64,000 nt of DNA from Octopus vulgaris. Its lineage: Eukaryota. Positions 53,234 to 64,000 of this stretch are shown in pieces. Position 1 is the stretch's first letter. Each line of letters opens with the position of its first letter. Location of the stretch: positions 72,974,001 to 73,038,000 of the forward strand of contig OX597825.1 in NCBI GenBank assembly GCA_951406725.2, read 5' to 3'. Made by a program: the position numbers and the translations under genes. The notes under the pieces are model-generated. The model made no database searches and was not told the origin of the DNA. It saw nothing but the letters and a program-made list of their open reading frames with translations.

Positions 53234-53749
53234 ATATATATATATATATATATATGGTGATGGTGGTGGTGTTTGTGTGTGCTGATTTGTTTTTATTACC
53301 TACAGGTTACACAACATGTAGATTCACATACTCTATCTTTGCAAGGGTTAACAATACATCTTAGCGTGACCTTAATTTAAGACTGATTGTTATGGTGGTG
53401 GTGGAAGTGTAGGGGTAACGCATATTTTAAAGTGACATTAATTTAATACGGCTGTGTGTTAGTTGAGGGGAGGAATTTCACTTTGCGTGTGTTGCACAAA
53501 AGTTTCTTTGTAGATCTCTTTGACCTTTTTCATATAAAAATAGACAAAAAATGTGAAATTGAAACCAAATTAAAAACCAATTTCAAATGAAAAAAATATT
53601 GCCATTATGAGAGGAAAATCTTAATACGTGTTTTGTGGTGAAGATTAACTGCTCTAAGTCATTTCTTGTCAGAACATGTTCTCAGCACAATAATTCTCTT
53701 TTTATAAGTATCATAATTTCTTGCATAAAAATCAGGATTTAAAGTAGCA

Positions 53750-53815
53750 GATTTAATAGTTCACTGGTTAAAGCACTGGTCTTGTAAACCAGTAGTTGTA
53801 ATCCTCATGGGGGAG
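53750..53815 (+). pseudogene. tRNA-Thr(TGT) pseudogene
   Basis: ATAGTTCACTGGTTAAAGCA-CTGGT CT TGT AA ACCAG (intact anticodon arm); T-arm/B-box deleted and acceptor stem decayed. Confidence 0.7.
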
Positions 53816-54154
53816 TTTCTGTTAGAATTTAATTTTTAGGTGCCGGCATGCCCATGTGGTTAAGAATCTTGATTTGCATGGCACTTTGGGAAAGTTCCTT
53901 TTACTCCCACTCCCAAAACTTTGGCTTAGCATACTCTTTTTTACTCTTTTTACTTGTTTCAGTCATTTGACTGCGGCCATGCTGGAGCACCGCCTTTAGT
54001 TGAGCAAATCGACCCCGGGACTTATTCTTTGTAAGCCCAGAACTTATACTATCGGTCTCTTTGCCGAACCGCTAAATGACGGGGACGTAAACACACCAGC
54101 ATTGGTTGTCAAGCAATGCTAGGGGGACAAACACAGACACACAAACATACACAT

Positions 54155-54185
<31 letters not shown>

Positions 54186-54354
54186 CATATATACGACGGG
54201 CTTCTTTCAGTTTCCATCAACCAAATCCACTCACAAGGCATTGGTCAGCCCGAGGCTAGAGTAGAAGACACTTGCCCAAGGTGCCACACAGTGGGACTGA
54301 ACCTGGAACCATGTGGTTGGTAAGCAAGCTACTTACCACACAGCCACTCCTGCA

Positions 54355-54876
54355 CCTGTGTTCCTTCCAAAACTTGCACCATAACACCATCAAAAGTTTC
54401 AAACCCCACTTCCCTGATTTCTCTGTTGATGTTCTTCATTTGCACCAGGGTCTCCAATTTGTTGACCCTAAGCCCTCTCTTTCAGGTATCCCCACAAGAA
54501 AAAAATCCGGGCTAGTCAAGTCTGGGGAACAGGAAGGCCAGTCGATATTGCTGTAGTGGGAGATTATTTTCTCTCCAAAGCATTGCCATAGCAACTGCAT
54601 TGTTTCTCTTGTGGTATGAACAGTTGCTCCCATCTTGCTGGAATCATGTGTAAGGTCTACTTTGACTAGCTGTGTGCGAAAAGGTCTCAGTCATAGATAC
54701 CTGAAAGAGAGGGTTTACGACAACAAACGAGACTCTGGTGCAACTGAAGGAGAATATCACTAGAGAAATCAGAGAAGTGGGGTCTGAAATTCTCGAGGGT
54801 GTTATGGTGCAAGTTTTGGAAAGAGCATGGGCATGGAAAGGCAAAAATGGCTGCCACTTAAGCAATGTCATTTTTC
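54355..54876. mobile_element. Tc1/mariner-superfamily transposase fragments in both orientations
   Basis: Minus: FQQDGATVHT...WPSCSPDLTSPDFF; plus 54697-54876: YLKERVYDNK..LVQLKENITREI...NGCHLSNVIF. Confidence 0.75.
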
Positions 54877-55153
54877 GGCAATCTTATGGTTCTAGTATAT
54901 TTTATGTCAAATGACCACGTGTATTCGTTTATATATGATCGTTGATTTCCGTAAAAAACTCTTATTTTTTTACATTTATTTTGTTACATATGGGGAAATG
55001 GGATCTTTGGGGTTAGGACCCTAACCCCAAAGATCCCATTCCCCCCAATCCCATATGTAAAAAAATAAAAGTTTTTTATGGAAATCGACGATCATATATA
55101 AACAAATACATGTGGTCATTTGACGTAAAATATACTAGAACCGTAAGATTGCC
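54877..55153. mobile_element. Near-fully palindromic MITE with 8-bp TSD CATTTTTC (Merlin-like)
   Basis: GGCAATCTTATGGTTCTAGTATA... / ...TATACTAGAACCGTAAGATTGCC; centre GGGGTTAGGACCCTAACCCC. Confidence 0.85.
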
Positions 55154-56363
55154 CATTTTTCTTATATGATGTAGTGGTGTTGCAAAATTTGACTTGTGCA
55201 CATTAATTTCCATTATGTCCTTTATATTGTATCAAAATTTCATGTATTTCATGACTGAAAACAGAAAACATTAATGGGACAATAATAACCCTCCACCACA
55301 CTATGCAATGATGACTAAAGACAGCAAGAGAGAAGAAAAACATGACACAAATACAAACAGTATAATATATAAACCCATACACACACACAAGACACACATG
55401 CACATACTTAGGATGGAAAGAAAGAAAAAAGTAAATAAATGTATAAAAAAACAGTTAAAGGACAAAAATGCAAATAGCGTCGTAAGCAAACCTGTATATA
55501 TGGAAGCATAACAAACATACTAAACATAGACACACTTATATATGCACAAACACACACACACGCACACAGATACCAATGGAAACGCATGTGCAGATAAGGA
55601 TACACACCAGAGAAAGACAGAATGAATTAAACAGAACAGGAGGAGACATGCTGGATGGAGAGTTGTTGAAGAGGCCACAGGAGTGTGACAAAAGATTTCC
55701 AGACAAAAGGACACCAAAATAAGAATAACAATAAAGCTGAAGGGAAGATCGTGTATCTAGTGCATGTGGTTAATTGGCATAAAAATAAAAAAGACCATCC
55801 CCAAAGATAACGATATGGGTATGCGTGTGTGTATGTATGTATGTATCTATATACACACATATGTGTGTGTATATATATATATACATACTCTTTTACTTGT
55901 TTCAGTCATTTAATTGCGGCCATGCGGGAACACAGCCTTTAGTCGAGCAAATCGACCCCAAGACTTATTCTTTGTAAGCCTAGTACTTATTCTATCGGTC
56001 TCTTTTGCCGAACCGCTAAGTTACGGGGATGTAAATACACCACCATCGGTTGTCAAGCAATGTTGGAGGGACAAACACAGACACACAAACATATACACAC
56101 ACATACATACATACACAAACATACACACACACGCATATATATACATATATACGACGGGCTTCTTTCAGTTTCCGTCTACCAAATCCACTCACAAGGCTTT
56201 GTTCGACCTGAGGCTATAGTAGAAGACACTTGCCCAAGGTGCCATGCAGTGGGACTGAACCTGGAACCATGTGGTTGGTAAGCAAGCTACTTACAACACA
56301 GTCACTCCCGCACCTGTAGAGAGTTTTTGAAGTGATGTACAGATATTGTATATTGAGGATAAT

Positions 56364-57057
56364 GGTACTATTTAAGAAGAGTGGTCCCGGTGACTAGTCG
56401 ATCCTTAATTGGTGTTTTTGTTTTATTTACTTTGTTTAAAAAGTTAGGATCTTTTCGGTTTGAACGGCAGTTTTTTCTAGCAGTGTCATATGAAATTGTC
56501 ACCCATAATTATGACCCTAGTATCGATCTATTGCATTTGAATCTACTTTAGGGTTAGGGTTAGATAGGGTTAGGGGTGGGTGGGGGGTGGGGGGAAGGGT
56601 ATCTGTTTTTCTTCACAGATGTAATAAACCCAATCTGTTTCTTAAACGAGGGACATATTCATACGGCACAGAATGTTTTTTTTTTTACCTCAATGGACGT
56701 CATTGAATGGTTGAAATTGCAGAAATTGAAGAAAAAAAAACAACAAATATCTTACAAACTATAGAATTTTCTCAATAAAGCCAAGAGAGAAAGATGTTTT
56801 ATAAACACATTCTACCAGTATACGAAGTTTAAAATTTTTTAGCTACCTAGAAATTATGTTAAAAAACTGCTGTTTAAACCGAAAAGATCCAAAAGTTATT
56901 TACTTTGTTTAAAAAAATATTTACTTTATGTAAAGAAAATTATTTATGTTGTGTTTTATTTACTTTGCTAGGTAGTCGTTGTAGGATCTACTTGATACGA
57001 GTAGCCTGCGCGAGTACGCGAGTGCGCGCACCGGGACCACTCTTCTTAAATAGTACC
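56364..57057. mobile_element. MITE with perfect 29-bp TIRs and 9-bp TSD (GAG(G/A)ATAAT), hosting a nested MITE
   Basis: GGTACTATTTAAGAAGAGTGGTCCCGGTG / CACCGGGACCACTCTTCTTAAATAGTACC. Confidence 0.85.
56447..56890. mobile_element. Nested MITE with 8-bp TSD AAAAGTTA and internal TTAGGG repeats
   Basis: GGATCTTTTCGGTTT / AAACCGAAAAGATCC; TTAGGGTTAGGGTTAG near 56548-56575. Confidence 0.85.
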
Positions 57058-57065
57058 GAGAATAA

Positions 57066-57614
57066 TACCTATTTCTTTACTACCCACAAGGGGCTAAACA
57101 CAGAGAGGACAAACAAGGACAGACAAACGGATTAAGTCGATTACATCGACCCCAGTGCATAACTGGTACTTATTTAATCGACCCCCGAAAGGATGAAAGG
57201 CAAAGTCGACCTCGGCGGAATTTGAACTCAGAACGTAGCAGCAGATGAAATACTTATTTCTTTACTACCCACAAGGGGCTAAACACAGAGAGGACAAACA
57301 AGGACAGACATAGGTATTAAGTCGATTACATCGACCCCGGTGCATAACTGGTACTTATTTAATCGACCCCCGAAAGGATGAAAGGGAAAGTCGACCTCGG
57401 CGGAATTTGAACTCAGAACGTAACGGCAGACGAAATACCTATTTCTTTACTACCCACAAGGGGCTAAACACAGAAGGGGATAAACAAGGACAGACAAACG
57501 GATTAAAGTCGATTATATCGACCCCAGTGCATAACTGGTACTTATTTAATCGACCCCGAAAGTATGAAAGGCAAAGTCGACCCCGGCGGAATTTGAACTC
57601 AGAACGTAACGGCG
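57066..57614 (-). mobile_element. Three tandem ~185-bp SINE family D units just upstream of NCDN (dimer also at 60595-61010)
   Basis: Unit starts TATTTCTTTACTACCCACAAGGGG near 57070, 57255 and 57440. Confidence 0.85.
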
Positions 57615-57741
57615 GCACCGTCTCAGTGCATTGCGTACGTTTGCACGAAGTAGTTGAAATGTCCATTTCACAGGCAGAGCATAGAAGGGAGATAACTCTA
57701 AGTGTTCTTCCTGTTGTTTGTTGTGAAAAGTGTTGCTAACA

Positions 57742-57867
57742 ATGGAAGAAGTGGAAGAAGACTCGTCGTCTCTCTCTGATCAAGGTTTCACAAAACAGCT
57801 CGAGAAATGTGTTTGTATTTTGCAAAAAGCTGGCAGCGACAACGAAAAGCTGGCTGCACTAATGATG
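57742..57867 (+). CDS. NCDN: Neurochondrin coding exon 1
   Basis: ACAATGG Kozak context; LEKCVCILQKAGSDNEKLAALMM|GTTTGT resembles [23 protein letters not shown] of neurochondrin (recalled). Confidence 0.9.
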
Positions 57868-57982
57868 GTTTGTACGAACATCTTTTATTTACATTATATA
57901 TCGAGCTTCGCCTTTTTTTTCTCTCTCTTTTTGTGTCATACTGCTTTCATCTTTATTGAATTGAAGTAAATCAAAAATATTC

Positions 57983-58193
57983 GGCGATCCTTCGGTATAG
58001 GTACCGTAATACCGGAAGTGGCTTTCTTTACATTTCTGAAGACAACAGAAACCCTTTTTCTCCCACCCCTAACCCTAACGCAATCCCTAACCCTAAACTC
58101 TAACCCTAACCCCCCATATATATATATATAAAAAAAAGCTCCACTTTCTTGAAATGTATCCGGTACTTCCGATACCTATAGCGAAGTTACGCC
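57983..58193. mobile_element. MITE with 8-bp TSD AAATATTC and internal CCCTAA repeats
   Basis: GGCGATCCTTCGGTATAGGTA / TACCTATAGCGAAGTTACGCC; TSD at 57975-57982 and 58194-58201. Confidence 0.8.
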
Positions 58194-58866
58194 AAATATT
58201 CAGGTAAATTTTTCAAATCTTATTAGTATACCTGTGTGAAGTCTGTCGCGTATACTAGACAGTATGTGTATTTGTTCCACTGCAATCCCTTCATCTAGTG
58301 TAAATTCCCTTGTTTACTCTGTGTCGGCGCACATGTATATATGTCGAGTCAAATGAAACCTTACAGTATTTACAGTAAAAACTAAATGATTGTATATATA
58401 TAAAAAAATATTTGTTACTAATTTAGTATCATAATTCGTTGTCTCGGATTATCTGCGGTTTCTAAGTTTGCCAAACAACTTTGTAATTCCGAGTTCGATG
58501 CCACTTCGCGACTCCTTTACGAGTGAAGTTTCGGAGATGATGCCTGCGTTTTGTTACAGAATACTTGAGTAAATCTATCATTATTTTTATATGAAGACAT
58601 TAATTATTACGATACTATTTTCATATATATTTTATTATTGATTCTAGAAACCTAAAAAATAAGTGTCGCAGTATTTTTTCACCAGTTAAAATATGTTTTA
58701 GCGAACAAAATATCGTCATATTTCCACGCCCAAGATCTCAATATGCTTTTATATATATATATATATATGTTGGGAAAAATAAATTGTATAGGTATGTGTG
58801 GGTGTATATATATATATATATATATGAGACAAGTTTTCATGTTCCCACGCTCAAGACCTCAATATG

Positions 58867-58930
<64 letters not shown>

Positions 58931-59043
58931 TACAAAATGGGACAAGAACGCAAAACTTCCAGGTAGACGATACAAAAAACACGGACGTTTCATTCAAAGC
59001 CTTTAATCTTCAGTCAAGAACCGGATCATCCTCGCAATTTCGG

Positions 59044-59081
<38 letters not shown>

Positions 59082-59320
59082 TGTGTTAGCACAATTCTAT
59101 AGGTGTGTGTATATATATATATATATAATGGTCATTACATATAATTCCTTGTTTTAGAGCAAATTTAGCTTACAGCTGTTTCCAGTAGTCATTATAGATA
59201 GGTTTACTTAATTGGTCTGTTGATCAATTCAGCTAAATTGAAAGACCTAAGAAAATTATTGCTACTTTCGTCAGAACTGATGAAATATTATGCCTGGATT
59301 GACAATCCCTCACTATTTGT

Positions 59321-59399
<79 letters not shown>

Positions 59400-60385
59400 C
59401 TGTTGACAATGCACAGCTGTATACGTGTGTATCATCATCATCGTTTAACGTCCGCTTTCCATGCTTGCTTGGGTTGGACGATTTGATTGAGGACTGGCGA
59501 ACAAGATGGCTGCACCACGCTCAAATCTGATCTGGCAGAGTTTCTACAGCTGGATGCCCTTCCTAACGCCAACCACTCTGAGAGTGTAGTGGGTGCTTTT
59601 ACGTGCTACCAGCACGAGGGCCAGTCGGGCGGTACTGGCAATGGCCACGCTCAAATGGTGGTTTTTTCGTGCTACCTGCATAGGGGCTAGTCCAGCGGCA
59701 CTGGCAACGACCACGCTTGAATGTTTTTTCACATGCCACCGGCACAAGTGCCAGTAAGGCGACGCTGGTAATGCTCATGCTCGAATGGTGCTTTTTATGT
59801 GCCACCAGCACGGAACCCAGTTTGTTGCTCTGGCAACGATCACACTCGGATGGTACTCTTAGCGCTCCACTTGCACGGATGCCAGTCGCATATGCATACC
59901 TGTACAGTTATCACTTCCCAACTTTGATTCTTCATAATTTACAGAATAATGGATATTTTTTAGAGAGATTTTCTACAAATACCTTTCAGATGTTGTAGAT
60001 TACAATTATCTCAGAATTATATGCAAAAAAAAAAAAAAATGGTGTTTGTGCATACATACATACAGCCATGCCAGCGCTTTCATATATAAAAAACCATTGT
60101 ATTAGTAGTATTTGGCACAGCTGGTTGGGTCATCATGATCTGAACCAGTCCTTATTTGAAGTTCCTGCTTTTCTTGGTATGGTTAAAGGGCCATGTCTTC
60201 GTGTACATTTTGGCAAGATTTCTTCAGCTGGATACTCTTTCTAACACCAACCAATTACAGGCTGTACTCGATGCATTTTTATGCGGCACTGGTGCTAGAG
60301 AAGCTGCCTTGTTGCCTGTCAGACCAAAGAGTTCTCTTTGGATTATATCTTCTCAGTTCTATAGTCTTTTTGTTTTATATTTTAG

Positions 60386-60485
60386 GTAACCAAACTGATC
60401 AAGGCTGACGAATGTAATTTGCAGGCACAAAAGATACTCTTTGAGGCAATTGGATTCAAGTTTCTTGTTCGGCTGCTGCGTACAG
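60386..60485 (+). CDS. NCDN: Neurochondrin coding exon 2
   Basis: TTTTAG|VTKLIKADECNLQAQKILFEAIGFKFLVRLLRT|GTAAGA; resembles VTKAVKA...IFDAVGFTFPNRLL. Confidence 0.93.
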
Positions 60486-62084
60486 GTAAGACAACACACG
60501 AACATCTCTGTTAATTGTTAATTATTAAATGGCTTGTAGTTAAGAAGTTCTCTTCCCAACCAAGTGATTTTGTGTTCAGTCTCACTGCAAGGCACCTATT
60601 TCTTTACTACCCACAAGGGGCTAAACACAGAGGGGACAAACAAGGACAGACAAACGGATTAAGTCAATTACATCGACCCCAGTACGTAACTGGTACTTAA
60701 TTTATCGACCCCGAAAGGATGAAAGGCAAAGTCGACCTCGGCGGAATTTGAACTCAGAACCTAGTGGCAGACGAAATACCTGTTTCTTTACTACCCACAA
60801 GGGGCTAAACACAGAGGGGACAAACAAGGACAGACAAACGGATTAAGTCAATTACATTGACCCCAGTGCGTAACTGGTACTTAATTTATCAACCCTGAAA
60901 GGATGAAAGGCAAAGTTGACCTTGGTGGAATTTGAACTCAGAACGTAGCGGCAGACGAAATACCACTAAGCATTTCGTCCGGCGTGCTTATGATTCTGCC
61001 AGCTCTCCGCCTTGCAAGGCACCTTGAGTAAGTGTCTTGTACTAAAGCTTCAGGCTGACTAAAACCTTTTGAGTGGATCTGGTAGATGGAAACTGAAAGA
61101 AGCCTATTGTATATGTGTGTGTGTGTAGGTAGGTATTTCCTGTCTTCTGTCTGTTGATGGAGAAGCATTACTTTGCTCGGAAACATTTGAGGGTTAGTGA
61201 CAGGAAGGGCATCAAGCCATAGAAAATCTGCTTCAATAAATTCTCCGCAGTCCATGAAAGCATGGAAAAAATTGGACATTAAACGATGATGATGATATGC
61301 ATGTTTGCCTGAATTTATATTCGCCACTTGTCTGCACATCCATTTCACTCACTTGTAAATGGTATCATTTGCTTGCAGCCCACTACGGAAGCAGGTTTAG
61401 GTTTTTTGGATCTCTTACCTTTTGACCTACAGATTTAAAAAATAATTTTTTGTAACTAAACACTTTCAAACTTTGGACACTGGTAGAATGTGTCATATAA
61501 AATATCTTTTACTCTTAGCATTTTTGAGAAAAACTTATATTTACGAAGTAATTTCACCTGAAAGTTCTCGTATTTCGGTAATTTCAACCAATCAATGACT
61601 TGTATTCGGCTAAATAAAATTACTGCTGTTGCTTGTCAACAAGAACTTCTGGCGGTGTTTATTTCGTTTGTCACTGTTATTTATGACAACCCTAACCCTA
61701 ACACCTTAAAACCAGTACAAACACACGAATGATCCCATAAAGAATCTTGTGTGTGTTTGATGAGTGAATGTCTGCTTGTGTCTCCTTGTCCTGACATTGC
61801 ACGAGAGTTGTAAAATGATTGTCACTGTCATACAAGCCTGTTTCGTTCATTTCCAATATTCTGCTGGCCTTGTGCCAAAATGTGAACATGTTTGGCCATG
61901 AGAAAATATTGCTTTGTTTCCAAACAGTTGAAGGTTGGCAACAGGAAAGGCATCCAGCCAAAGAAAATCTGTCTCAATAAACTCTGTCTGATCCATACAA
62001 GCATGAAAAAGTAGATGTTAAAACAATGCTTATTTTATAATCTCATTCTAGGTTTATTCTCAACTCTGATGTTTATCTTTTCAG

Positions 62085-62170
62085 CTACAGTACCTGAAGG
62101 ATGCAGTAACTACATCTATAAGTCTTTGTCTCTCACCATTCTTTCCAGTTTCTCTGGACTACAAGAAGTG
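62085..62170 (+). CDS. NCDN: Neurochondrin coding exon 3 (gene continues beyond the window)
   Basis: TTTTCAG|TVPEGCSNYIYKSLSLTILSSFSGLQEV|GTAAGT; resembles [22 protein letters not shown]. Confidence 0.9.
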
Positions 62171-62371
62171 GTAAGTCTCTGTTAGTGCTACTATATTATG
62201 TGATTTTTTTTTTGTCCTGTTCCCCTAGGTCATACTGTGTGTATTGTTGGTATTTTTTGTCCTAATAGTTTAAAGTGCAAACTTCATGACTATAATTGTA
62301 AATTTTATTCACCATTCAGTGAAAACCCCTTTTATATCTTAGAGATTCTCAGTGCTAAATTTGTAGATGGT

Positions 62372-62409
<38 letters not shown>

Positions 62410-62755
62410 ATTGTTTCGTCTTGGTATGAAAGATGGGCTACAGCAAATATTCTGCTCAATACCACAGATTTGCTCAATGCTAAATTTGTAGATGATGATG
62501 GTGATAATAATAATGATAATAATATAGGGACCTTTTGAGCGGGATGGGCTACTCGACCTGAAGAAGATTCCAACTGGCCCTCACTTGCAAGGTCATGTGT
62601 TGTTTATCTTGATATGAGCTCACTATGTCACGCACATATGGTTGTGATTCATGTTCCTGGTGTACCCTTATCAGACGGGTAGTCATGATGGGTATATTGG
62701 GCTTTGTATATTTTACTCCAGTGTCACTTTGATGGCATGCACTGCTCTCTCACTC

Positions 62756-62790
<35 letters not shown>

Positions 62791-64000
62791 TAATAATAAT
62801 AACAACAAAAATGATAATAATAATGGTTTCAAATTTTGGCACTAGCAATTCCAGGGAGAAGAGTAAGTTTAATTGCATCAACCCTTGTGCTCAACTAAAA
62901 CTTATTTTATCAACCCTGAAAGGATGAAAGACAAAGTTGACCGCAGCAGAATTTGAACTCAGAATGTAAAGATGGATAAAATGCCTGGCATGCTAACTTG
63001 TTGCCATTAATCCTTTCTACTCTAGGCACAAGGCTCGATATTTTGTGCGAGGGGTGGATAGTCGAGTACATCAACCCCCAGTGCTTAACTGGTACATATT
63101 TCATTGATCTTGATAGGGCAAAGGGCAAATTTAGCCTTGACAGAATTTGAACACAAAAATGCTTAGTAGCATTTTGTCTGACATGCTAATGATTCTCCCA
63201 GCTCACCACTTAATAATAATAATAATAATAATAATTTCTGACATAGGCACAAAGGTCAGAATTTTGTGGGGAATTGCAATCTCTGAAAGGTGAAGCCGAA
63301 CTCTTACGATTCTGAACCCTTGTATCTATGTATGTAAGATAAGAACTAATACAGGAATTACGTGAATGTCTTTTGTTACCATATATTTCTGTCTTTTAAT
63401 TCCAGAAGGAAGATCCTCGGATGTTGACCTCTGTCCCACTCATAATAGATGTCCTCGCCTCTTGTCTCAAGTAAGTGATGTATTTTGTTTTACTCACACA
63501 CCCAGTTTTCTTCCCCACTCACTCACTCAACCTCTCCAATACCCAGTTCACTTACTCAGAACCCCACCCCTTTCCTTTCACATTTTCATCTCTCTCTCTC
63601 TCTCTACCTCAGGCAATCAAGTTTCCACTCTAATGCATAATTCTGCTTTCTGTCCCTCAGTACTACAATCCCCACCTCAGTCGACGTGGGCCTTGTCTTG
63701 TAAGTTACTTGGTGGCCTCACTGATGTTGGTGTCACATAAAGAAAAAAACCATCCTATAGACAGTTTCGTGCCAGTAGCATATTGTGCTGGTGGTACATC
63801 ATGCCGGTGGCACGTAAAAGCACCCACAACACTTGGAGTGGTTGGCATTAGGAAGGGCATCCAGCTGTAGAAACTCTACCAGATCAGATTGGAGCTTGGT
63901 GCAGCCATCTGGTTCGCCAGTCCTCAGTCAAATCATCCAACCCATGCTAGCATGGAAAGCGGACGTTAAATGATGATGATGATGAGACTCTGTAAAGTGG

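Noticed and set aside
56548-56595. TTAGGG runs as a chromosome-fusion or telomere site
   Set aside because: Only a few units, confined inside MITEs with TSDs
58975-59045. CTGAAGA...GAAACGTC on the minus strand as a hammerhead
   Set aside because: No stem I complementarity; at best a fragment
59161-59240. Hairpin with GAAACAGCTGTA on the minus strand as a hammerhead
   Set aside because: CUGANGA core is missing
126-63740. Many ORFs of type YIYI, VCMY, poly-H/P/G/L and LSLS, and the recurring '[20 protein letters not shown]' and 'FLQLDALPNANHS' peptides
   Set aside because: Translations of microsatellites and SINE/LINE-UTR repeats, not genes

Overview
AT-rich, microsatellite- and repeat-dense animal genomic DNA; the SINE families and overall texture suggest an octopus (inference). 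Two spliced genes lie on the + strand. The first is a complete 8-coding-exon LRRC23 (ciliary radial-spoke LRR protein, 4558-51554, ~435 aa, all junctions GT-AG and phase-consistent) with an RFX X-box upstream. The second is the first three coding exons of neurochondrin (NCDN, from 57742, running off the window). An intact tRNA-Ala(AGC) sits in an LRRC23 intron and a tRNA-Thr(TGT) relic lies between the genes. The rest is transposon debris: several tRNA-derived SINE families, RTE, CR1-like and Tx1-like LINE fragments, non-autonomous Helitrons, Tc1/mariner fossils, a Gypsy integrase fragment, and GG..CC MITEs with 8-9 bp TSDs. Almost all ORFs in the supplied track are microsatellite or SINE artefacts. 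The most notable observations are MITEs carrying telomeric TTAGGG repeats, SINE head/tail swapping, two hammerhead-ribozyme-like motifs, a minisatellite born from a SINE tail, and an RTE 3'UTR with a variable ~60-bp array. Family assignments come from recalled motifs, not database searches, and repeat boundaries are approximate unless a TSD is quoted.
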